DNA from: Eledone cirrhosa
Taxonomy: Eukaryota
DNA: 64,000 nt
Direction of reading: 5' to 3'
Assembly (NCBI GenBank): GCA_964016885.1
Contig: OZ024744.1
Coordinates: forward strand, 122,326,001-122,390,000
Part shown: piece by piece, positions 1 through 10,900 of the stretch
How the letters are laid out: each line of letters starts with the position of its first letter
How positions within the stretch are numbered: position 1 is the first letter of the stretch
The notes under the pieces: generated by a model
The model's database searches: none
What the model saw: the letters and a program-made list of their open reading frames with translations, nothing else
Told to the model about the DNA's origin: nothing
Translations under genes and position numbers: made by a program

Positions 1-116
1 CTAGTGGACAGATTGTTGTGAAGATTTGTAGTATTAGTCTGAATGGGGTGGAATGCCTTTTATCCTCCACTTAAGACATGCAAGGATACTGTGAATCTGT
101 AGCATAGCATTTCTTG

Positions 117-333
117 TCATCATAATCATCTAATTTCTGTATTTCCATGCTTGGGTAAGTTAGACTAGGCCTCCCCTCTACACAATCTCTTTCTTGTTTG
201 TTATAGTTTCTTGAGGTTATTTCTCATCACCTCCACACGTCATCCTTCTACAGGGTATTCTTGGCACTTCTTCACCCAACAATCAACATCCATTTGCATT
301 ACATGTCCATACCAGCACAATCTCTCTGCCACA
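117..333 (-). mobile_element. Degenerate 3'-end fragment of an RTE-type LINE
   Basis: The minus strand reads ...ERLCWYGHVMQMDVDCWVKKCQEYPVEG, paralleling RRLR*YGYVMRMEDDHWVKKCQEMPVEG of the larger element at ~820-905. It ends in a (TCA)n-like tail at 117-130 followed by tttccatgcttg, similar to the tail at 661-692. Confidence 0.75.
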
Positions 334-524
334 AAACTCCAAAAGAAAAAAATAATCTTTGTTAAATAAGGGAAAACATACCTATTTCTATAGGAGTACA
401 TTTTTTCACAGATTCTTCAGAACCAAACAAAGCAATTGGATTAGCAAGAGGTGTTTGAATTAACCATTTTTGTACCAACTCACCTGAAACCACAACTAGT
501 TCTATGATCAGTGGAATAATGTGA

Positions 525-662
525 TGCCCCAGTATGGCCACAGTCTAATGACTGACACCAGTAAAACAGTACTGAGGTTGATATGGTAGACTATATAAAG
601 GTTGTGCCCCAGTATGGCCACAGTCTAATGACTGAAACCAGTAAAACAGTACTGAGGTTGAT
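525..662 (+). repeat. 58-bp direct duplication (period 80), possibly a SINE 3' tail
   Basis: tgccccagtatggccacagtctaatgactga(c/a)accagtaaaacagtactgaggttgat occurs at 525-582 and 605-662 with one mismatch. The resemblance to a cephalopod SINE tail is from memory only. Confidence 0.8.
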
Positions 663-2325
663 CATCATTTTACGTCCACTTTTCCTTGCTTGCAAGGGTG
701 GGACAGTCCTATTCAGCACAGCATCACTCCACTTGTCACGGTCCTTCGTCATCTCCTCTGTGAGTTTCAGCGATATGAGGTCTGCTCTCACCACCTCCAC
801 CCATGTTATTCGTGGTCTTCCTTCTACTGGCATTTCTTGGCACTTCTTAACCCAATGGTCATCTTCCATGCGCATCACATATCCATACTATCTCAGTCTT
901 CTCTCCTGCACACCACAACTTATCCCTCTTATACCCAGTTTCTTTCTCAACTCGTCTATGCTTGGTCGTTCACACACATTGACATTGCACATCTATCAGA
1001 GCATGCTTGCTTCATTTCTCTCCAGCCATCACATATCCTCTGCAGTTGCTGCCCACGTCTCACTACCATGCAGCATCGCGCATCTCACACAGGCATCATA
1101 TAACCAGCCTTTCGTACATAGGGAGAAACCCTTCTTTGTCAACAGAGGAAGCAGCTCCCTAAACTTCTTCCAACCCGTCCTTATTCTAGATACTATGGCC
1201 TCGGAGCACTTCCCTCACATGCTAATCTGATTACCTAGGTACCGGAAGCTATCAACCACTTCTATAGAACCCGTCTGCATTTGAAAAATGTGTCTATCAC
1301 TGCCACTTCTACTGTCAAATTTCCCTGTACATCTACTGCATATGTAGTTTTCCCTACCTATTAGTTTGCCTGCTATCCCACTACATCTCTTGTGTACCCT
1401 AGATCTGCATTGTGGACATTTTATAGAATTTATGCCAGCTCCTTTTCTACATATCGAACATGGCTATTTCCCTGACGGAATCAGAGAGTTGTCCTCTTTC
1501 AAACTTATCACCACTTTAGTCTTAGCTAGGTTCACTCACAGTCCCCTTAATTCCAACTGCTGTTTCCATAGCCAGAATTTATTCTCTAGCTCCTCTACTG
1601 ATTCTGCTATAAGTACCATATCATCAGCATAGAGAAGTTCCATGGGCAGCCAGTTTTAATCTCCTCTGTTTTGGCTTGGAGGACTATAATGAACAAGAGC
1701 GGGCTGAGGACCGAACCCTGATGTACTCCTACTTGTATCTGGAATTCCTCACTAAACTCCATTCCTACTCTGACTTTACTGACAGCACCTTGTACATAGC
1801 TTGCAGCAGTCCTCAAAAGTCATTCCTCAACACCTAGATTCCTTAGGGACCACCAGATGACAGATTGGGTTACCCTATCAAAGGCCTTCTCTAGATCAAC
1901 AAAAGCTAAATATAGTGGCTTATTCTTCTTTTGTAGTTGTCTCACTAAGAAGGGGGCATCTGTTGTACTCTTGCCAGGCACAAAACCAAACTGCATCTCA
2001 TCTAATTTGACCCTTTCTCTAATTAGTTGTGCTAGTACTCTTTGTCACTTTCATAACCTGATCCATCAGTTTTATGCCCCTATAATTGCTCCTCTCCAGA
2101 GCATCCCCTTTACCTTTGTAGCAATTTATAAGAATACTGTTGCACCAGTCTTTGGTATGACTCCGCCATATATAACTTGATTGATGATGCGTGCAACCAG
2201 TTTAGTTCCTACTTCTCTTGATGCCTTCAGCATCTCAGCAACTATCCCTGATAGTCCAGCAGCCTTACCACTTTTCATTTCCTTAATTGCCTCGTGGACA
2301 CTATAGTCTTGAATTTCAATAGCTG
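661..2325 (-). mobile_element. 5'-truncated, inactivated RTE-clade non-LTR retrotransposon (RT plus C-terminal domain)
   Basis: Collinear RT motifs across frameshifts and stops on the minus strand: EAIKEMKSGKAAGLSGIVAEMLK, KGDALERSNYRGIKL, FGFVPGKSTTDA, PLYLAFVDLEKAFDRV, GVHQGSVLSPLLF, ELLYADD (~1618-1640), VNLAKTKV, VVDSFRYLG, LHGSETW and GRPRITW..DRDKW. It ends in a short (ATG)n tail at ~661-669. No endonuclease domain or TSD is visible. Confidence 0.93.
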
Positions 2326-2394
2326 AAACGTACAACAAGAACAATAGTAAACCAAGATGTTTTGTAATAAATATTTAATTTATTTATCAGAAAA

Positions 2395-2442
2395 TACAAA
2401 AAAAGAAAGAATTAATAAATAAAAAAAAAATAAAAAACGTAA

Positions 2443-2473
<31 letters not shown>

Positions 2474-2478
2474 TAAAT
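2395..2478. repeat. A-rich low complexity with (TAA)n
   Basis: Poly-A runs and a (TAA)n tract at ~2445-2465. Confidence 0.8.
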
Positions 2479-2799
2479 AGCAAAGGGTTTTTATTTCAAT
2501 GTTTTGAAATTGACATTTATATAGAAATGTGACAAAAATATACGGGTAGATGTACTTGTGAGTCACCCAGGGTGTTTTTATATCGGATACATGTGTATAC
2601 AAAGGAAAGGGATTCTTTAGAATTATGGGGGTTGGAAGAGAGGGGACTTTAAACTAGGCAGGTGGGAAGATAGATGGTTTGTTAGGTAGGTAGATAGGTG
2701 AGTAGGAAGTCTATAGATAATGAACAGAACCACAAGGATATGGTCCGAACGTGGAAGAACCGAATTCCAACTCTCATCACCTCCATCTCTCTTGCCTTC

Positions 2800-2900
2800 C
2801 CCACAGCCCCGGCGGACAGAATGGAGAAGGCATTTCCCCGGAGGAGGATGGTAAGGGAGATGCGCTGGAAGAGCCATTCCATCTCGCTAATTATGACTGA
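2800..2900 (-). mobile_element. Short remnant resembling the C-terminus of a restriction-like-endonuclease (CRE/R2-group) non-LTR element
   Basis: Minus-strand peptide EMEWLFQRISLTILLRGNAFSILS resembles the terminal 'LFQR(I/L)S.A(I/V)QRGNA..(I/V)L' motif of such elements. Only ~25 codons, in a locally GC-richer patch. Confidence 0.5.
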
Positions 2901-3034
2901 TCACAAGATAACAACAGAATGTATACTCTCGAGGGCGGGGTGGGCATTGGAAAATCAGTAATTCTTTCTAGGTTGACTCTTGATTTTATTAAAAACCAGA
3001 ATTAGTCGTTTAGTTTACATATTGAGACCCCAAA

Positions 3035-3218
3035 CCATCCTGTGGGAGCCCCTGCAGGACACACTAGAAGAGGAAGACCGAGGTTGACATATATTAATGC
3101 CCTAAGGACAGACACCGGTCTCTTGGAGATGCAGGACATGGTGGCAATGATGAGGGACAGAGACTGCTGGTGAGAGCTCGTCCATGGATCTCAGGAATTT
3201 TACCCACTTTAGATAGAT
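3035..3218 (+). mobile_element. 3'-end fragment of a different RTE/RTEX-like LINE
   Basis: Plus strand, with one frameshift: ILWEPLQ/HTRRGRPRLTYINALRTDTGLLEMQDMVAMMRDRDCW*, the typical LW.P..G.R.RGRP..T...DR..W terminus. Followed by tagatagat. Confidence 0.7.
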
Positions 3219-3451
3219 GTATGGTATTTCTAGTAATGTTTTTATTTATTTATTTATTTTTTTATTCATGTATGAATAAAGAAAATGAATTGTTGCAGGA
3301 AATGCCACTTAAAATAACATCTCACAGGAGATTAGCAACATTTAGTAGAAGGATAAAAATGGAGGGTGGGGGTTGCAATAAATCTGCACAATCAATAAGA
3401 CAACATTGATTATTTGAGACCCAAGAGTAGCTTATTTTAGACTGTTTTCTG

Positions 3452-4513
3452 ACATATGTGGTTTACTGGTATCAAGTCAGAATGTCTCAGAACAAAATCA
3501 TAAGGTTATGAGTTCGATTCCTTGTAGAAAATTGTGTCCTTGAACAAGACACTTTATTTCATGTTGGTCCAGTTGTAGAAATGTGTTGTGATGCCAATAC
3601 CCTTTGACAACACCATATATAGATAGTGAATATATAGTGAACATATATAGTGTGTATATGGTGTATGTAGTATATATATATAGCTGCAACATCACTGATA
3701 CCAAGCTGTATCAGCCATTGTCTTACCCTTGGACAACATTATATACAATGTATATATAATATATATATATATAGTATATATATAGTTGTGATGTCACCGG
3801 TACCAAGCTGTATCAGACATTACCTTTCCCTTGGACAACATCATATATAATATATATAGTATATATATATAGTTGTGATGTCACTGGTACCAAGCTGTAT
3901 CAGACATTACCTTTCCCTTGGACAACATCATATATAATATATATAGTATATATATAGTTGTGATGTCACTGGTACCAAGCTGTATTAGACATTACCTCTG
4001 CCTTGGACAACATCATATATAATATATATAGTATATATATAGTTGTGATGTCACAGGTACCAAGCTGTATCAGACATTACCTCTGCCTTGGACAACATCA
4101 TATATAATATATATAGTATATATATAGTTGTGATGTCACTGGTACCAAGCTGTATCAGACATTACCTTTCCCTTGGACAACATCATATATAATATATATA
4201 GTATATATATAGTTGTGATGTCACTGGTACCAAGCTGTATCAGACATTACCTTTCCCTTGGACAACATCATATATAATATATATAGTATATATATAGTTG
4301 TGATGTCACTGGTACCAAGCTGTATCAGACATTACCTTTCCCTTGGACAACATCAGTGGTATGGAGAGGAGAGAAACAGGTATACATGGGTAACTGTTGG
4401 TCTTCCACAAACAACCCTGCTTGTATTTGTGCTTCAGAGGGGGAACTTTCTAGGTACAAATCCCATGGTCACTGGTGACAGAAGTAGGAGGTGGAGTCTT
4501 ACCTTTTTTTTTT
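3452..4513 (+). mobile_element. tRNA-derived SINE interrupted by internal tandem expansion
   Basis: A-box-like tggtttactgg (3459-3469) and B-box gagttcgattcc (3510-3521), then a SINE-type core tgtgtccttgaacaagacacttt (~3533-3555). Unique body resumes after the last minisatellite unit (4354-4503) and ends at a T run. Confidence 0.7.
3670..4354 (+). repeat. 85-bp minisatellite, ~8 copies
   Basis: Unit gttgtgatgtcactggtaccaagctgtatcagacattacctttcccttggacaacatc plus a TA-rich linker. ggtacc anchors at 3799, 3886, 3971, 4056, 4141, 4226 and 4311, with a diverged copy at ~3697. Confidence 0.95.
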
Positions 4514-5079
4514 AATGAATTCTATACAAGAAAATTATATTGTATTGATGGGTTGACAAACGAAATTACGAAAAGTAATAAAAATAAATCTACTCATTAA
4601 TCTATGAAACGTGTTTAGAACACAAGTAGATCTACCAATGTTTAGAAGACGGATAGATCTACCCGTGCATCTTCCCATTGTTAAATTTTTTAGTATTTTT
4701 TTTTCTTTTTTCCTTTTTTTTTACATTCGGGTATATATGTGTATTGCATAGAAGCACACTATATGTATAGTATCTTTTGACATTTAGACAAAAAAAATGT
4801 AAAAAAAAAAACAACAAAAACAAAAAAAGTTCCAGGTGGATTTACCTTGGCTAATTTTACACAGCAGTATAATATATGTTGTATACAATAATATGTATGG
4901 CACATTGTGACATTGAGATGGAAATTGTAATGACATTTACAAGGGGAGTTTTGCCTGTGTACCTCCAGATGTGGCTTTAACACAGATAAATACATTTAGG
5001 GATTTTAATTTTTAATATGATGTAAGTTAATGGAGTTTCATGTGGTACAGGATATTAGGAGTTAACTGAGGGAGGAGGT

Positions 5080-5262
5080 GTATATATATATCATGTAATT
5101 TGTGCAAGCATGAATATATACATAAATATATATATATACATACACACAAACATATATATATATGTATATTAATGCCATGAGTGTTGTATGAATGTATATT
5201 AACATTGTGTATATATATATATATATATATACGAATGTATATCAACATTATGCATATATGCA
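5080..5262. repeat. Degenerate (TA)n/(CA)n low-complexity tract
   Basis: Interrupted tatata/cataca runs. Confidence 0.8.
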
Positions 5263-5297
5263 TGTTGTATGAGGACAATTTTATAAATTCTACTTAG

Positions 5298-6586
5298 GCT
5301 TGAGACAGCTATAGACCTCAATATCAAGTAGACAACAGTTGACTTGAGACAGCTAATGTCAAGTAGACAACAGTTGACTTGAAACAGCTATAGACCTCAA
5401 TGTCAAGTAGACAACAGTTGACTTGAGACAGCTATAGACCTCAATGTAAAGTAGACAACAGTTGACTTGAGACAGCTATAGACCTCAATGTCAAGTAGAC
5501 AACAGTTGACTTGAGAGAGCTATAGACCTCAATGTCAAGTAGACAACAGTTGACTTGAGACAGCTATAGACCTCAATATCAAGTAGACAACTGTTGATTT
5601 GAGACAGCTATAGACCTCAATATCAAGTAGACAACAGTTGACTAGAGACAGCTATAGACCTCAATATCAAGTAGACAACAGTTGACTTGAGACAGCTATA
5701 GACCTCAATATCAAGTAGACAACAGTTTGACTTGAGACAACTATAGACCTCAATATCAAGTAGACAACAGTTAGACTTGAGACAGCTATAGACCTCAATG
5801 TCAAGTAGACAACAGTTGACTTGAGACAGCTATAGACACCAATATCAAGTAGACAACAGTTGACTAGAGACAGCTATAGACCTCAATATCAAGTAGACAA
5901 CAGTTGATTTGGGACAGCTATAGACCTCAATATCAAGTAGACAACAGTTAGACTTGAGACAGTTATAGACCTCAATGTCTAGTAGACAGCAGTTGACTTG
6001 AGACAGCTATAGACCTCAATGTCAAGTAGACAACAGTTGACTTGAGACAGCTATAGACCTCAATATCAAGTAGACAACAGTTGACTTGAGACAGTTATAG
6101 ACCTCAATATCAAGTAGACAACAGTTGACTTGAAACAGCTATAGACCTCAATGTCAAGTAGACAGCAGTTGACTTGAGACAGCTATAGACCTCAATGTCA
6201 AGTAGACAACAGTTGACTTGAGACAGCTATAGACCTCAATGTCAAGTAGACAACAGTTGACTTGAGACAGCTATAGACCTCAATATCAAGTAGACAACAG
6301 TTGACTTGAGACAGCTGTAGACCTCAATGTCAAGTAAACAGTTGACTTGAGACAGCTATAGACCTCAATTTCAAGTAGACAACAGTTGACTTGAGACAGC
6401 TATAGACCTCAATGTCAAGTAGACAACAGTTGACTTGAGACAGCTATAGACCTCAATATCAAGTAGACAACAGTTGACTTGAGACAGCTCTAGACCTCAA
6501 TGTCAAGTAAACAGTTGACTTGAGACAGCTATAGACCTCAATGTCAAGTAGACAACAGTTGACTTGAGACACCTATAGACCTTAAT
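5298..6586 (+). repeat. 44-bp minisatellite, ~29 copies
   Basis: Unit gacttgagacagctatagacctcaat(g/a)tcaagtagacaacagtt, with anchors at e.g. 5420, 5464 and 5508. A few short indel variants. Confidence 0.97.
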
Positions 6587-6768
6587 GCTGGAGACATCCT
6601 TCATTCATAAAGAAAAGTTTGTTAAAATAGAACCGGGTTTGTCATAGAAAAATTGTATTAGATCAAATATTTTGAATGCCATCAATTGACATGATAAAAG
6701 TTGTTATTAAAGAGTACACTAAAGTGTTATTATTAATGAGTATATACAATCATATGTACACACACACC

Positions 6769-6905
<137 letters not shown>

Positions 6906-7191
6906 TATATATAAATACATGGATAGGACAGTGAGTGGGCTTAGTAGTCAAAGTACTGAACATGGAACTAGTAAAATTAGTTTAGTTCCAACTTTGATTT
7001 TGGTTAGGGTTGACATGGGTTTTTTTTCCCCTTTCGTAAAGCTTGTTTAGGCTACAACTTCATGGAATACTTCATCAATTTCTTAACCTTTCCACAACTG
7101 TTTCTCCAGATATTTACATCTTTCATCTAGACAAGAGTTAGCGGTTATTACTTTATATTGCTCATTTTATTGGAACAGTATTGACCTACTT

Positions 7192-7243
<52 letters not shown>
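7192..7243. repeat. (GA)n microsatellite
   Basis: ~25 GA units with one interruption. Confidence 0.97.
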
Positions 7244-7244
<1 letters not shown>

Positions 7245-7947
7245 TTTTGACAGTCATAAACATTACAACCCATCAAACCTCCTGCTTCCACTGGCCATCG
7301 TCTATTTATAAACGTCTATCCATCCATCCATCTATCTATCCATCCAGTCAACAGTTGTACTACTTTTAGGAGTTAACACACACATATATATATATATATA
7401 TAAATCTAATAGAGTGTTTTCACATCGCTTTAATTATAATTTTAAACCAGCTATTCAGTAGTGTAACCTAGCAGTATTTACCTGTCATAGTGCAAATATA
7501 TATAAACTTTTACCTATTATAGTGCAAATATTCGGGATAGGTAACTGGTAAAGGGATTAGAGAAAAAAAAAATCAACATTTCTTAAGAAACATGGGTTTT
7601 TTCTTTCTTTGTTTCCATGTAAAAGAAAACCATTATAATAACAAAAATATTTCCAGCAGAGTTCGCAAGTCACGTGTCCCTAGCCCCTGATACCTGATAA
7701 TGGAACACATTTAAGTAAAAATAAATATAGCAACCAGACTGCTGTTTCACGTCAGTAAAGAAATAGGTAATCTAACGAAAAGAACTGGGGAACTATAACA
7801 GTAGCCATTGACAACCAATGCACTTGAGTCAAGTCTTCACAATCACATTCCCACAACCAATCCACTTGAGACAAGTCTTCACAATCACATTCCCACAACC
7901 AATCCCCCTGAGACAAGTCTTCACAATCACATTCCCACAACCAATCT

Positions 7948-10900
7948 ACTTGAGACAAGTCTTCACAATCACATTCCCACAACCAATCCACTTGAAACAA
8001 GTCTTCACAATCAAATTCCCACAACCAATCCACTTCAAACAAGTCTTCACAATCACATTCCCACAATCAATCCACTTGAGACAAGTGTTCACAATCACAT
8101 TCCCACAATCAATCTACTTGAGACAAGTCTTCATAATCAGTCCCACAACCAATCTACTTGAAACAAGTCTTCACAATCACATTACCACAACCAATCCACT
8201 TGAAACAAGTCTTCACAATCACATTCCCACAACCAATCTACATGAGACAAGTCTTCACAATCACATTCCCACAACCAATCAATCCACTTGAACCAAGTCT
8301 TCACAATCACATTCCCATAACCAACCCACTTGAAACAAGTCTTCACAATCACATTCCCACAACGAACCCACGTGAAACAAGTCTTCACAATCACTCCACT
8401 TGAGACAAGTCTTCACAATCACATTCCCACAACCAATCCACTTGAAACAAGTCTTCACAGTCACATTCCCACAAACAATCCACTTGAACCAAGTCTTCAC
8501 AATCACTCCACTTGAGACAAGTCTTCACAATCACATTCCCACAAACAATCCACTTGAAACAAGTCTTCACAATCACATTCCCACAAACAATCCACTTGAG
8601 ACAAGTCTTCACAATCACATTCCCACAAACAATCCACTTGAACCAAGTCTTCACAATCACATTCCCACAACCAATCCACTTGAAACAAGTCTTCACAATC
8701 ACATTCCCACAACCAATCTACTTGAGACAAGTCTTCACAATCACATTCCCACAACCAATCTACTTGAGACAAGTCTTCACAATCACATTCCCACAACCAA
8801 TCTCCTTGAGACAAGTCTTCACAATGACATTCCCACTACCAATCAACCCACTTGAAACAAGTCTTCACAATCACATTCCCACAACCATCCCTCATGAAAC
8901 AAGTCTTCACAATCACATTCCCACAACCAATTCACTTGAAACAAGTCTTCACAATCACATTCCCACAACCAATCCACTTGAGACAAGTCTTCACAATCAC
9001 ATTCCGACTACGAATCCACTTGAGACAAGTCTTCACAATCACATTCCCACAACCAATCCACTTGAAACAAGTCTTCACAATCACACAACCAATCCACTTG
9101 AGACAAGTCTTCACAATCACATTCCCACAACCAATCCACTCGAAACAAGTCTTCATAATCACATTCCCACAACCAATCCACTTGAGACAAGTCTTCACGA
9201 TCACATTCCCACAAGCAATCCACTTGAAACAACTTTTCACCATCACATTCCCACAACCAATCCACCTGAAACAAGTCTTCACAATCACATTCCCACAACC
9301 AATCCACTTGAAACAAGTCTTCTCAAACACATTCCCACAAGCAATCTACTTGAGACAAGTCTTCAGAATCACATTCCCACAACCAATCCACTTGAAACAA
9401 GTCTTCACAATCACATTCCCACAACCAATCTACTTGAGACAAGTCTGCACAATCACATTCCCACAACCAATCCAGATGGAACAAGTCTTCACAATCACAT
9501 TCCCACAACCAATCTACTTGAGACAAGTCTTCACAATCACATTCCCACAACCAATCCACATGAAACAAGTCTCCACAATCACATTCCCACAACAAATCCA
9601 CTTGAGACAAGTCTTCACAATCACATTCCCACAACCAATCAATCCACTTGAACCAAGTCTTCACAATCACATTCCCACAACCAACCCACTTGAAACAAGT
9701 CTTCACAATCACATTCCCACAACGAACCCACGTGAAACAAGTCTTCACAATCACATTCCCACAACCAATCCACTTGAAACAAGTCTTCACAATCACATTC
9801 CCACAAACAATCCACTTGAACCAAGTCTTCACAATCACTCCACTTGAGACAAGTCTTCACAATCACATTCCCACAACCAATCCACTTGAAACAAGTCTTC
9901 ACAATCACATTCCCACAAACAATCCACTTGAGACAAGTCTTCACAATCACATTCCCACAAACAATCCACTTGAACCAAGTCTTCACACTCACATTCCCAC
10001 AACCAATCAATCCACTTGAACCAAGTCTTCACAATCACATTCCCATAACCAACCCACTCGAAACAAGTCTTCACAATCACATTCCCACAACGAACCCACG
10101 TGAAACAAGTCTTCACAATCACTCCACTTGAGACAAGTCTTCACAATCACATTCCCACAACCAATCCACTTGAAACAAGTCTTCACAATCACATTCCCAC
10201 AAACAATCCACTTGAACCAAGTCTTCACAATCACTCCACTTGAGACAAGTCTTCACAATCACATTCCCACAACCAATCCACTTGAAACAAGTCTTCACAA
10301 TCACATTCCCACAAACAATCCACTTGAGACAAGTCTTCACAATCACATTCCCACAAACAATCCACTTGAACCAAGTCTTCACAATCACATTCCCACAACC
10401 AATCCACTTGAAACAAGTCTTCACAATCACATTCCCACAACCAATCTACTTGAAACAAGTCTTCACAATCACATTCCCACAACCAATCTACTTGAAACAA
10501 GTCTTCACAATCACATTCCCACAACCAATTCAATTGAAACAAATCTTCACAATCACATTCCCACAACCAACCCACATGAAACAAGTCTTCACAATCACAT
10601 TCCCACAACCAATTCACTTGAAACAAGTCTTCACAATCACATTCCCACAACCAATTCACTTGAGACAAGTCTTCACAATCTCTTTCCGACAATCAATCCA
10701 CTTGAGACAAGTCTTCACAATCACATTCCCACAACCAATCCACTTGAAACAAGTCTTCACAATCACACAACCAATCCACTTGAGACAAGTCTTCACAATC
10801 ACATTCCCACAACCAACCCACATGAAAAAAGTCTTCAGAATCACATTCCCACAACCAATCCACTTCAGACAAGTCTTCACAATCACATTCCCACAACCAA

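Noticed and set aside
583-2180. Plus-strand ORFs of 215, 137, 88 and 107 aa
   Set aside because: These are antisense shadows of the minus-strand RTE coding sequence.
3459-3521. tRNA gene
   Set aside because: A/B boxes are present but there is no cloverleaf, and the sequence continues into a SINE body.
4612-4663. Short imperfect direct repeat with a tagatcta palindrome
   Set aside because: Only two ~25-bp copies, with no TIR/TSD context.
3670-6586. 85-bp and 44-bp arrays as CRISPR arrays
   Set aside because: The inter-repeat sequence is itself repeated, so these are plain tandem repeats.
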